Below, piece after piece: positions 1-12,469 of a stretch of 64,000 nt of DNA. This DNA comes from Raillietiella orientalis. Taxonomy: Eukaryota. The position numbers were made by a program, and so were the translations under genes. The notes under the pieces are model-generated. The model ran no database searches. It was not told the DNA's origin and worked only from the letters and a program-made list of their open reading frames with translations. Within the stretch, counting starts at the first letter, position 1. The number at the start of each line of letters is the position of its first letter. The DNA is taken from positions 1,984,001-2,048,000 of the forward strand of contig JAYWIR010000036.1 of the NCBI GenBank assembly GCA_036172245.1, read 5' to 3'.

Positions 1-2619
1 CCGTTTAGCACCTCTGGACGCCGTAAGTGCAGTGTACCAAACACCGGAATTTTCCTGCTGTCGTCGGTACACTGTGTGTTTCGTCAGCTATGCCTGCTCA
101 CTTGGGTCACATCCACGCAGAAGGATTTCAAGTGAATCCGCTGACACCTCAGCGATGCGATCCACTAGTGAAATGAAAAGCCGTCATTTCGGTTATGTAT
201 CAGGGTGGTCACAGCATTTCCGTTCGACGTCTGCGCCGATGAAGATTGTAATGAAGGGTGTGATGACATCCCATCCGGCCAGAGGGCAAGGTGCAATGAC
301 GGTGTTTCTCCTTGTGGCAAGCAGGAGAATGTTGCCACCTCCCATTCGAAGGTGGTGAATGTGCAGCCTTCATAGAATGGAAGGAGCGTTTCAGCGTGAG
401 CAGCGCTCGCAAACCTTACGAAACCTCCATATTATATGCTGACCGCAAGAAGAACTGCAATGAAAGCAAACTTTCCTTTCCTCTGAGCAGAGGCGCCCTG
501 TAGTGTTCGTATGTATGCACCGAAGGCAAGCAATGCGTGGTCCATCGTGCGTCTCCACTCATCACAATGCTCGTGACTCCTTCCTGGCGATCAAGAATCT
601 CTCATAACTCAGTTCCGCATAACTCTCAAATCCCTTGCTTTTCCCGACTTCGAACATGGAGTCTGTTGATCGTGGGGACCTCAGTCCCGATTTGTTGTTT
701 TATTTATGCGTGTCTTCCCGGTTTTCCTCTGTACGATTTCAGGTGCGCACGCCCAATGAGATTGCAACGCTGTAAGAGGATCATGTCCAACTCCGTGTCA
801 CCGGGAACACTGCAAGGGATCCTTTTCCTTCTGTGCATGCTATGAGTTCCCAGTTCTCGCATCATCCCTTCATCCCAGCACTTCTTGTGGCTGAGGAATA
901 CGGGCGATGGTCAACACTGACGCAGCATCTGACCACGCAACTCTTAGGCTGTAGAGGTTCTGCGCAAAATTTGTTGGAGTTTTTCGACTCGGGCTGCTTT
1001 GAGCCAAAGAACTTCCGCTTCAGATTGCGTGTCAAAGTGTGCACTTTTGTCGCTTGCTGCGGGATGGAGTTTGCTGTGCCCAAGAAAACGTCGAGTCCAT
1101 CATTCTGTCCGGGAGTGACGTGCGAACGAAGAAATGACGTCTGCACATGTGTGTCTTTGATGCTACCGACATGGATGACGTCAGGGATGTTTCCCGTTTA
1201 GCGGATATCTTTGGGAGAATTCTCGATCATTCGATGCTTCGTATTAAAAAATTTAATTCTCTGCTCGGCTTCGAAGAGATCTGTAGGGCAGATATGTGGA
1301 ATTTGCAAAGCTGCTGCATCGCATTGGAATATTTCTGTTGGTCTGAGAAGTAGCTTCGAATCTTTGATTCTTTTCTCATTAGTGTATGGTAATTCTTCCA
1401 AGGAACACACCCTGTTAACCTCACAGCACGTGAACAAAGGTCGTTCCATACTTATCCATTCATCTGTTGGAAATGTATTTTTCTTTCCCTCTTATCTTGT
1501 GCATTTTTAGAGGGAACTGCAGAGGTTCCTACACGATAGGTAACGTGCCACTTTCGTAATTCAATGTGCTCCTCAGCTCCAGAATTCAATATGATTGGCA
1601 GTCTCTCACGCTCGTCGACACGTTTTGAATCATTCCCATCGTTTCTTGGGAAACTCTGGGAATGATTCAAAAAATGTTGCTCTTCTTTCTTGGGAAAGAC
1701 GAAGATCATTTTTCACGATCATTTGCATCAATTCATTCAGGAAGAGATGTCACGACGAGCATCGGCAAAGGTTGCTGAGAAGGTTTGCTTTCGTTTGCTT
1801 TCAAGAGGAATGATGGGATGGAAGGAAATTCTTCCAGCAAAGGCGCTGTTTTTTTTTTCTCGGAAGAAGTTAAAGAAATGGAATGATTGACGCAACCGCA
1901 AGCTGCGTGCTCCATAGTTCGGGTCATCATCAAATTTCTCTAAGACTGGCATCGAACCACATCATCCTTGAGTGCCAATGGATCATAAGATTTCGTATGA
2001 CAAACGAAGTTCATGTGAACTTCATGAAAATCCTTTTGGGGTTTCTTTTCTGTCTCCGCTGTTTTCCTTTCAGCTTTTATTTTGGGAAGGGGGAGGGTTT
2101 CTTTTTTTTGGTCCTGTAAGTACTCAAGAGCTGTCCGCGCCTGTCGGCTCACACATCTCTTAAGCAGAGTTCCACGCCATCCGACGGTTCGCGTAATTCT
2201 TGAAGATAGGGGAAATTTCCCGAGTGTTTGTGGACATTTCTACTCTTCCACTGAAGCGTCAGGACTCGGCATTGCAGTGTTTGTACTGGACGATCCTATG
2301 CAGCCTGCGAGTCCACTGCTGGACAAGAGTGCGGCCCCAGACTGTGTCAGGTGCGGGGAACAATAAAGCTTCCCCTTCCGGCTGCAGCAGATGTTCTCTG
2401 ATGACGTCGTCCGATCCAACCATGAAAAGAAAAGAAAGCTTTGCAAGAAAGCTTTGCGTTGGATTGCGTTGTTCTGAATGCCTTAGAACGCTTTACTGAA
2501 GTCCTTTTGCTCCCAACGGCAGAAAGGTCTTGTAGTGCGTTGTCTCGCGCGATTCGACGTCGTCTGCAGCTTACCCCCTTGCAGCTCCGTGCTGCCTTCT
2601 TTAAACCGTGGCGGCGAGA

Positions 2620-3400
2620 GGCCGCGCCGAAAGAGGTCAGTCGAAGGGTGACCTCATCGCTAACACCCCGGCATGACCGGGTGAAAACAAAGGGTCAAGG
2701 CCGAGAAATGGGGATGCGCTGTGAGCTTGGAGTTCCCCCTGCAGGACGACGCCAGTTGGTATGGAGGTTTCAGATGCGACACTGGTTGATGCCGGGATCT
2801 GGTCGTTCCCGCTGACCACCCAGGATTGGAAGTCCTCTTTCCAGGATTCTTTAAGAAATCAAGAATCCCTCTCACTTCGGGGCTCTTGCCCTTCAGTTGT
2901 GCCAACAGAGCCTGCCCTCCCCTCAGGGAGGAAGACCTTCCATCGCGCACAGTGGGGTTGTGGACTGACACCTCTCCAGAGTACAAGAATCGTGCAGCTC
3001 CCTTTAGGAATCGACCCCTCAGAGAAATTAAGAAGAGTTTCTCAGGGGTTCTCTTCAGCGCGGGAAATGTAAAGCGAATCCTATCCGAGGGGTGCCTCAG
3101 AAAGAACAAGGAAGAGACAACCTTCGGAGCTCTCCTCAGAGACAGCTTGGGCGAGGATTCCCTTCCAAGAGTAGGAGGAACGGATCCCTTTTCCAGGGGT
3201 CTTCCTGGATCCATAAGGTGTACCCTGCGGTGTTATCCTCTAGCCTTGAGGAGTTCCTCGCACCGTGATCAGCGTTGAAGAGCTCCGTGAACCTCTCAAC
3301 AAGAAGGTGAACGGTTCTTCAGCACTTGGGAACTACAAAAGAAAGGAAAAAACCCGGAAGGGAAACAGCAATCACAAAAGAACTCCAAGGGACTTTGTCA
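2620..3400 (+). mobile_element. SINE-like dispersed repeat, copy A (head decayed)
   Basis: Shares with copies B-D the core (gccgagaaa...caggacgacgccagttgg...cactggt), the ~40-bp subrepeat block and the gaacggttct...A-rich...ggaagggaa tail. Confidence 0.7.
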
Positions 3401-4249
3401 TCATACTTCCATTGTAGTCCCTGAAAGTGAAATCCCTTCTCTTTTTCGACCTGAGGCACTGCTTTCTCATTCGCCGATTGCCGCTCTTCTGTTTCCCATT
3501 CTCGCGACTTTCTGTGGCTGCACTCGAAGCACACGACGGCTGTGGACAGGGAGACTGCTAGAACAGCAGCACCCCAAAGCCTCGAATCACCTCAGTGCCT
3601 CGTGGACGTGAGATGAAAAGCGTTGGAGTTAGACTCAGTGCCGAAAGTCTGCAGAAAAACTCAGTCTTTTCGGAGCACCAAAAAATCTAAGCAGAGTTAC
3701 ATGCATGCTCTCCAACGAAGACACCATTGCAACGGATGTAGGTCCAAAGCCGTTTGATGGAGATGAAGGTTTTCGATTTCCGGTTTTCTGTTGCTGTCAA
3801 AATTCGGTCTCCACGGACATGCCGTATGATTTTTTTCTATTTACTTTTTCTTTTAGAAAACCAGTAGCGCGGAGGTGGTGTCTGCTGGAGACCTGGATAA
3901 AGGGGAGATTTTGTGGGTGCTTCCCATTGCTACATTGCACCCGTTCCGCTCTTCAAATCACAAAACACAGAGCGCTGGAATGTCAAAACTAGGAACATTC
4001 CCTTTTTGGGGCGAAATGGGCAGCAGTTAGTCATATTTCCTCAGCTCAAATTTCAGCCGTTTCACTTATCAGCTCTTTTGACAGCTTGATCGTGGCAAGC
4101 AAGGATGATGGCATTGGGAGTGTCCTACGGCAGTAGGACACCTTTCAAATTCGATGCGCTCCTACGGATGCTTCCGATAGATCTTCGTGCTCCCACATCA
4201 AGGAAGGAACGTCCTTTTACTCCAGATTTCATCTCGAATAAAGTCAGCG

Positions 4250-5320
4250 ATCTCCAAGCAAGGTGTGTGGGTGCAACGTCAGAAGTCTTTACGGGTCCCA
4301 CAGTTCACGCTTCAGGTGTTTTCATCACAGCCGCCTTCAGTTGAACCCCGCGGATACCTTCCCGAGGAAACACAAACGCGAGAAGCCTAATGCAGCCTCT
4401 GAATTTCGAACCAGGACTGATAGATCCCATCACAGCAACGGGTGGGTGGTGTCTTCCAGGTATCCCCAATGTAAGCACACATCTCAACAAATGCACTCCA
4501 ACGATCTCGTCTTCTCGCATGCACGCAGCCCTGACTGAGAGCATGGCAGGCCCGTTTGAGTGTCACCGAGCTTTGACTTCCACCCGAAGGGAACTCATGA
4601 GCAGCTCTTAGGGGGAACCGCACAGAGAAAATCCTTGCAATGAACGCAATTTTAGGCGAATCAAACACGCATGACACTTTTTACCGTATTCTTAGATGCA
4701 GAAAAATGGATGGAAAGCCCCAAAGATGGGAACAGTTGGCAGTTCCCTCTTCCGCACCACCAACTCCGAGCAAAGATCTCTCATTGCATTCGATCTCTCC
4801 TGTGCATATGACAACCGCCTGTGCTCACGGGTGGGAAATCGAGGAGCAATATGGTCAACTCTGTCTGACCATTCCCAGATTGTGCTCGAGATGCATCCGC
4901 ACAACAGAGGTCCACCCTCCCAAGCGTGGTGTCTGTCAGGCCACTGGTTGAACCTCTCAGCAGCAGAAGAGCATCTCCGCGCATCCCTGCTAAGGTTCCA
5001 ATTGCGGACACTCGAAGACTGGGAACGAATGAAACGCTCGGTTCTGCGACCAGTTCCCCATGGACCGTTTGCCACCAGGTTTTGTGAAGGATTGAGAAAC
5101 AAGATGACGTACCTCCACGCCCGTCGCTTCTCCAGCAAACCGGACGGCCATCGCCTGGTGGAATACAAAGCTGGGAGTGAGAGGCAGGCTTGGCATTCCG
5201 GGTCGGCCAGCTTACTGGACCACCATGGCCAGGAGCAGTCAACCGCAGCGCAGGTATGCTGCATCTCGCGGGTTTTCTATTCCTCTCTCTATGCGAAAAC
5301 ACCGGAGAGTGACACTGTCC
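4250..5320 (+). mobile_element. decayed L1/Tx1-like ORF2 fragment (AP endonuclease plus linker)
   Basis: Remnant motifs in the expected order: EETQ (QETH), ILGESN (GDFN), LSDH, AWCLSGHWL, WERMK and FYSSLY; frameshifted. Confidence 0.7.
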
Positions 5321-5950
5321 ACTGGGAGGAGGGTCCATCCTTTCCAGGATTCCCTCGAGTTCCATCCAAATGATCCCCAGGTGGGGCCATCTGGTCGCAA
5401 TCCCAAGGTAGCGGATTGCAAGTTCGATGGCATCTCTATCGTGGCTCGGTCTTCTGACGTCGCTCCAGCACGTCACAATCCCTCGGACGCAGCAGAGTGC
5501 TGCCAGGGCTGCGGCTGGTCGCAGGGCATCCTGCACGAACAGAAGCCGAAAAACGTCTCTGGGCTGGCTGCCCACCTGGATCCGTAGGGAGGTGCCAAGA
5601 CGCTCCCACAGGGGTCGGAGGGCAGCACAATCAACAAGAAGGTGGGGGAGGGTTTCCCGCTCCCCGTACCTGATGTAGGCGGGATTCACTCGAGCCCGTG
5701 TACAGTGGTGGCGGCGTGCGTTGCAGATGCGAAGTCGCTTGCCAAACTCTGGGCTGAGCGAGTTGGACGGGTGTCCGAATCCGTGGTCATTTCGGAACAG
5801 ACTTACTCTGTTCCCGGAAGGACCATAGAAGCCAACCTGTTCCTCGCCAGTACATGGTGGCAGTCGCAACAGCGCGAAGCACAGGGAGATCAAGAGAATC
5901 CTGGATTCTCCTCTGACCAGGAAAGGGAAGGCAAGGGCCGCGTCCGAAAC
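5320..5950 (-). mobile_element. decayed L1/Tx1-like ORF2 C-terminus (CCHC zinc-finger region)
   Basis: ERETLPHLLVDCAALRPLW...PRDVFRLLFVQDALRP...ATRWPHLG...ILERM is clearly paralogous to 7647-8072. Confidence 0.8.
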
Positions 5951-5984
5951 CCTTGCGGTCGCAGTCGATTTGCGTAAAGCTTTC

Positions 5985-6170
5985 GATTTTCACCCGGATT
6001 TCTCCGGGTCGTTTATTAAAAAAATAAACTTTATAGTAAAAATGTCGAAGGACGAAGAACCACGGAGCCTGCCAGGTCACCGGTTCGCAGACCGGTACGG
6101 TCCACCAAGGCAGCAGGGGAAGGGGGAAAAAACAAAACAAAACAAAAAAAAAAACTAAACAAAAAGGAAA
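5985..6170 (-). mobile_element. L1/Tx1-like 3' UTR remnant
   Basis: Its reverse complement matches the 3' UTR at 8105-8265: a T-tract, then ccggtctgcg..ccggt.ac..ggcagg.tccg, then aataaacg.cccgg. Confidence 0.65.
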
Positions 6171-6174
6171 AAAG

Positions 6175-8270
6175 AGTAAAGCTTTCGACTGCCTCGACCA
6201 AAAACTCCTTCTGGAGCTACTGGAACGCATGGGACTTCCGGCCGTCTTGCTGACCTATCTGCGCTCCTGCTGGGCTCTCCGCGTGTATAAATATATTTCT
6301 TTTAGCGGCCGGCGCGCGTACGGCGTGCTCGTTGGCTGCGTCATAAGGCAGGTTGATAGCCTCAGATCCCTGCTCTTCATCATCCACTTTGAGTTGGTGC
6401 TCTGAGCATACAGGGAGACTCTGACAACCCTGCCGAGCTCGTGTCCGGACACGCCTGCCGTGTGGGATTACACTGACGACCTTCTGCTACTGCTCCCTAT
6501 GTCCACCCTGGTGTCTGCACTTGAAGACTTTTTCGAGCTTTTCCGCTGCGGTTCGGGCCTGTAGGTGAACAGGGAGGCGTCTTCAAAAGTTCCAGTTGGT
6601 AAGGCGTGGGCCGACCGGCTGGACTGGATCCGCTTGGGGATCCCCACATGTGGGTATTTCAAGTACCTTGAAGTTCCGTTGGTGGACTTCTGCGTTGCAG
6701 CATCCTGGTTCGACCATCTCCAAAAAGTGGAGATGGCTCTCGGCCCGTTCCGCAACGACAAGTTTTATTTGCAGGAACGGTGCCCGATGTGGAACGCGTT
6801 TGTGGCTCCCCTCTGCTGCCCCTTACTTTTTGTTTGCCCTCCACCGAGTAGCATTAAAAGGCGGACGAAGGACCTCCTGGGAATCGTCCTGTGAGGCACA
6901 GGGAGTCCCCGAATCCGCCTGAAGGACTTCTGCGCTCCGAGTCGCGACGGAGGTCTCGGCCTTCTGACGCTGGAGCACCTGGAGTGGCAGCTCCAGTGGA
7001 GGACGCTTACTCTGGTGGCAAAGTTTTGGAACACAAACTGGTGCGAGTCCGCACGATACCTGGTCAAGCGAGTCAACGGCTACGCAAGGCTGTCTTCGTT
7101 TCTGGCACGGCGACGCAGACTCAACGTGTCCAGCTGCGAACGGACTGTATCTCAGGCGAGTGACCAAGCTGACCAGGACCAACAAATGGATCTTTTGCCA
7201 GACCGCGAACGGTAGTGCCTGGTAGCAGGAAATCGTTCGCACATGGGCCAAGAACAACGAAGCGAGCCTGGAGATGCGACAGGGAGTGCTGCAGTCCTTC
7301 TACAACAACCGCTCGCTGCAGGACCTCATCGTGCAGCCCACCACGTGTGCGTGGGCGCGAAGAACCTCCCTAGCCGCGACAATGTCCTTCCTCAGGGAGC
7401 ACCTGGACAGTAACCAGCTGGCCAGATGGGAGGTCAGTTGCGAAATAGGTTTTTGAGCGAAGGAATTAGTTGGTTGGACCACGACCCAGCTCACAAACGT
7501 TGCGACTCCAAGTGCCCCACCTAAAGGACTATTGCACTGGGGTGAGCTGCTGGGAATCCTAGAGGAAGACTTCGAGTGGTCTCCAGCGCTGAAGAACAAC
7601 CGGGTCCTCTCCCTGAACTGACAGGAGTCGGCTCTTCTGCTGTGCAATGGGGTATCCCGTGCAACTCCGCCGGTCTCACTGGGCCCGGACGGCAGTGGAC
7701 CCTAACTGTTTCAGTTGCGGGAAACGGGAATCCCTCCCACACCTGCTTGTAGAGTGTGTTGCCCTCCAGCCCCTGTGGTTGCGTTACGCAACGGCCCTTG
7801 GGACATCAAAGGACAATCCTAGAGACGTGTTGAAGAGCCTCTTCGTGCGCGATGCCCTATTGCCTGCCGCATCCGCAGCAGCTTGTTGCTGCCTACGAGG
7901 GATTGTGGCAGCCTGGAGCTACGCGAGAGGAAGACGGAGCGATAGGGACGCCATCTGCTTCGCCCTGAGCTGCATTAGGACGGCAGCTAGATGGTCCCAC
8001 CTAGGACGTACCCAGAAGGAACTTGGCAGCATCCTGGAAAGGATGCAGAGGACGCCCTCCAGCACCCGGTGATCCTTTCCCTAACCCTCTCAATTTTTGT
8101 ATATAAGTATTTTTTTATTTTTTGTTTCCCCCCTCCCCCACCGCTGCAGAGACGAACCTCGCCGGTCTGCGTGCCGGTTACTCGGCAGGTTCCGAGCATT
8201 TTCGGACAATGTAGGGCCGATGGCCCTACACATGTATGCTTGTTTTTTATAATAAACGTCCCGGCGTGAC
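6175..8270 (+). mobile_element. 5'-truncated decayed L1/Tx1-like non-LTR retrotransposon (RT, zinc finger, 3' UTR)
   Basis: KAFDCLD, IRQVDSLRSLLF (RQGDxLSPLLF), YTDD, SGL*VN, FKYLEV, DGGLGL and CFSCGKRESLPHLLVEC, followed by AATAAA at ~8251; several in-frame stops. Confidence 0.9.
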
Positions 8271-8299
8271 CACGCGATAAACCAAGCAGTTCACTCCGC

Positions 8300-9060
8300 C
8301 GAAGAAGTCCCTTTGCCTGGAAACGAAAAGTGGCGGTGTTCACCAACTCGCTCTCTTGCAGCCGTTCAGGAGTTTTTCGGCTCTTCCGATGTTGCAGAAC
8401 TCCCACCTTGCCGGTTGGCCGCTGTCATTGTTTGTTCTGAGGGCAGACAGCGCTGCACCAAGGGGTAAGACGGCTAACCGGAACCATTGCGTCCCATTCT
8501 GCAGGATATCTCCCAGAGGTTTGCGTAGGGGACTCTGAAGCGGTCGCAGTTGCTCTGGACACACTTCCAAAGTGGGGATCCAGTGCTCCAGAGCTTCCTG
8601 ACGCCAGGCATTCCAGTTGATGCGGCGGCAGGAGGTTCACGGGTAAGCTAACGGCAACGAAGGCAGATGCTTCAAGGGGCAACCGAATCGAGTTCCTTGG
8701 AGTAGGTTGCGCGGCAGCATCGAAAGAAGTCCTGCATTGCCAACGTATCGCTGGAGGATGTAAAGTGCCGGAGCACACCAATGGTAAGACAACAATTTCC
8801 CACACAGGGAGAGAAGTCGGAATTGCACCTGCAGTTTGATCTTGTCGATGGTCCGGATGCCCAAGCCAGCGTCCTGGCACAGTGCCACCAAGTTTTGCAG
8901 TCGGGTCCGGGACCTTGCAGCACCCCACAAGGCTTTGCGTGGGAGGCGCTGTGCCCGGTTCTTCACCGAATGAGGTGGGCAAACAAAAAATAAGGGGCGG
9001 AGGAGGAAACAGTCACATCGCCTCCCCCTCTCATAAGCGCCGAAGGACTCAGCGCCAGGG
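8300..9060 (-). mobile_element. decayed L1/Tx1-like ORF2 post-RT fragment
   Basis: PLFFVCPPHSVKNR...LWG...DAGLGI aligns by eye with PLLFVCPPPSSIKRR...DGGLGL at 6820-6970. Confidence 0.75.
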
Positions 9061-9099
9061 TGGTGGTTCCTCCGTGAAGAACTGAGGAATTCCAAGGAC

Positions 9100-9900
9100 T
9101 AGCCATCATCTTTCGGTGCCTCTTCAGTTTCGTGATGGAGGAAAAAACTGTGTTAGAAATTCTGCTGGTTTCTTTTGTTTCTTTGTTCTTTCCTTCGAGT
9201 TTCTCTTTCTTTTTCCGGTTTTCCTTTTTTTCCTGGTCTGCCAGCCGCCGAAGAACCCTCTGCCCTCCTAGGGAGTGAATCATGGAGCTTTTTAGCACTG
9301 TTCCACGCCACCTAAAGCAGCATGCGTCTTCGGGTTAGGAGTGAACTCAAAAGGGACTACCCTAGGAATCCTGGAAGGCTACATAGGAAGGAATCTGTTT
9401 CTCTAACGCTCGGGAAGAAACCCCGAAGGGAACTTCTTCCTCATTCTCTCCGCAGGGACTCTCCGGAAGGGATCCGCTACTTGTTTCTTCCTCTCAAGAG
9501 AATCCCGAAGGGCTGCTTCCCAATCTCTCTGAAGGGTGCTCCACGAAGGAAACGACACCCTTCTTGTACTCGGGAGAGGAATCACTGACCAGCTCCATGG
9601 AATGCAATAGAGCGTCCACCCCGAGGGAGAAGACGGATCCATTTTCACAACCGAATGGAAGACCCGAAGGGCTGCACAATAACGGGAAGGTGAACTTTCA
9701 ATCCTGGCCATTCAGCAAGGGTACCCGGTTCGCGAATACCACCAATACCGCAACCAACCAGTGTCGTCTTGAGGGAGGGAACTGGAAAGCCCACGACCCA
9801 CTCTCCGATCTTGGTGTAGATGCTTTCCCGGGCGAGATTCGAACCCGCAACTACTGGTTCCACGGGCAACCACCGTTGCGACAGAACCGCTAACGCAGGC
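9100..9900 (-). mobile_element. tRNA-headed SINE-like repeat, copy B
   Basis: B box in a T-arm hairpin gcggg-TTCGAAT-ctcgc (9832-9848), followed by the shared core, four ~40-bp subrepeats (~9410-9565) and an A-rich tail; lies between L1 fragments. Confidence 0.75.
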
Positions 9901-12300
9901 GTTCCTGAGAATTTCTTTCAGCGGTAGGGCCAAGGATGGGATCCCGAGGAGTGGAGAACCCCTGCGGCGACACTGCCATCCTCAAGCCAAGCCTTTGGGC
10001 AGGCGCACGTAGCCAAGGTGGGGGTGAACTGCAGAAACGGAGGACTGTAGAAAAAACCTTCAGTCAAGGCGTTTCCTTATTGAACAACCGACAGAGAAGG
10101 GTTGGTGGAAGGTGGTGTCCCTCCGGGTCAAACAATCCCGATAGAGGGTGATACCGATGGAGTCAATATAGTAAACGGGAAGGGGAGGGGGGAAGGAGGG
10201 AAGGAATTTTTTTTTAAATCAGGTAAGAGATCGCAGTCCACGACGCTGGGTCACTTGCATGTCTCAATGCCTGCGGACTGCAGATGGCTTCCTAGGTGTG
10301 ACAGACTTGGCGCTATCCGCGGGAACCGGGTGGCACCCCTGTCGTTCCGCTTTTGCACCCACTGGCAGCGTCGAAGGCGCGCACGCAGCACGGAGGTGAG
10401 ACTGTGGCTGCGGGCGAGGTGGAACCCTGGACGAAGAGAACGACTCTGGGGTCGTCCCAACTGGATGGGAAGGGAAGTAGTGTAACCTTCCCGGAATGTG
10501 CTTAAGGAAACATGTGTCCGTAGCAGCTGGGGGCAGGTCAATTGTTCCCCGCGCCTGGCGGCACCGATCCACCTCTTTTTCCGGTGGTAGTGGCTTGTGT
10601 TGCATCGAGACACCAGCAGGCGCCGACTGCTGCCATCTGGGATGAGGAAGGGGACCGAGTTCTTCGCGACCACCTTCATGCACCTTTCACCCTTCCAGTG
10701 GGATGCCAAAGCGTTCACCCCGGGGAAGGAGTCCATTGGGCGGGGTCACAATCGCTACAGCATCACCGAGCTGACACACCGTGCAGCAAGCGAGCGAACT
10801 GGAGATTTCCTGCTACCCGAGCTCTCGCAGAAGATTTCACTTCACAGATGGAAAAGGTGCACCTTCTGGTTATAGGGCGTCAGGAGATCCACGGATGCTG
10901 GCCATCTCCTGCGCAGTCGCTAGCCTCAGTGGGATGCCGCAGGTGGTCATCCTCCGGAGCTGGAGCTAAAGCAGCCCTCCTGAGCCATCCGCTGCCTTGA
11001 GGAGCACACGTGCAGAGACAGGCCTAAAGGTCAGTCCGGTTCCCTGGACTGAAGCCGCCGCTCCAGCGTCAGCAAGCCCTTTCCTCCGTACGGCCGCGGA
11101 AGGCATGCGTACTCGGGCCGGAAACAGGACCTCCCTGTTTGCCACGAAGGGCGGTCCGAAGGACCCCTGTCCTCTCTCACACATCCGTGAGGGGTGGGCA
11201 AACGAAGAGCAGGGGCCGGAAAACGGGGGCAAAGAAAGTGCTTCACGCCGCGGCCCGTTCCCTGCCTTCCGGAAACGGGCCGACCGGCGTCTCCAGGAGG
11301 CAGAGTGGGTGTCCCCGTCTTCCGCAGTTACGGCACCTGATTCTTTTTCTTCCTGCGGTGCCACATGCGGACGTCCGTGCCGTGCACTCTCAGCACGGAG
11401 GGGATGGACTTTGTGTCCTTCGGTGTGATGCGCGCCGAGGCCATTCCGCAGCGGACGGAGTCGACACGTTTGCAGGGCTTCACGTCCCTCCACAGCGCGT
11501 GGACGGTGGCGAACTCTCCCAGAGCCTCCACGACTTGGTCATCAGCGATTTCGGGCTCGATGCCACTCAGGTGGACCACGAAAGATTGGTCCCCTATGTG
11601 GGGGAAGACTTGTTTGCCGTCGATGCGCACCGGCGTGCGGAGAAGGCGCTGCACCATGGCCGCATCCTTGCAGTCTAACTCCCAGCACTTTTTGTATGGG
11701 AGTGGCATGAGGGCGAGGAGGTCATCTGACTTCACTCCCAAACGCTTCAGCTCCTCTCCCATCTCTCGGCAGAGGCGCTTCGACCACACGTTACTCACCT
11801 TGTAAAAGAGCGCGGGCTTGTAATCGTAGGCTACGTACGCCTGCTGCTCCGCTCTGTCGGGCACTGGTGCGAGGCCTCCGGCAGCTGCATCCACTTCCGC
11901 TGATGACCCCGCCGATGGAGAGGCTGGTTCACTGCGTTCGGCCACCTTGGACGGGTCCGGCACAGCACCCTGCCTGTCCGTTCCTTTCCTGGAGGAAGCC
12001 ATCACCACGAGGGAAGCGCAACACACAACTCTTCAACGCGTGCAGCAGTAATGTGGGCGTGCGGCAGGCAGAGAGCGCCGCGGAAGCGAAGAACCAATGA
12101 AACGCGTCCTTCTTCGCGCGCTCCCGGAAACGGAAGGGGCGTTTCGTTCTGTAGTCGGCGGCGCGGCCGAGCCGCGCTCCGGAGGGTCCGTCACTCCAAA
12201 GTGGTGCACAGTTTCGCGTTTCCGTGGTGTTCTGTGGTTGTGTGCGGCTGCTCACCGGGCTGGCGCAGAAACGAACGCCCCGGAGCAAACGGATGACCGT
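9900..12300 (-). mobile_element. L1/Tx1-like element 5' half: ORF1 (11328-12026 open, then frameshifted zinc knuckle) plus decayed endonuclease region
   Basis: 232-aa frame with VVHLSGIEPEIADDQVVEALGEFATV...IPSVLRVHG; a shifted frame near 11310-11340 gives CRNCGRRGH; weak endonuclease-like remnants lie downstream. Confidence 0.8.
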
Positions 12301-12469
12301 CCACGGAGGGACCGATCCGGTCACTCCGTTTGCCATTTCCGGTTGCGGCCTCATCCCTGAGCTGAGAGAACACGCCCTCGCGTGCCGCACCCCGAGAAGA
12401 GCGCCCGCCCCCTTCAGACGGAACACCGGAAGTGGAGGTGTCTGTAATCCGAGTGCGGGCCGTGTGCAG

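Noticed and set aside
200..2100. Possible decayed LINE ORF1/endonuclease on the minus strand
   Set aside because: Only faint hints (LDVFL, IVMSGD); too weak to call by eye.
9825..9900. Possible tRNA gene (also 48960-49045)
   Set aside because: Only the T-arm/B box is recognisable; there is no full cloverleaf and the sequence continues into the shared repeat body, so I treat it as a SINE head.
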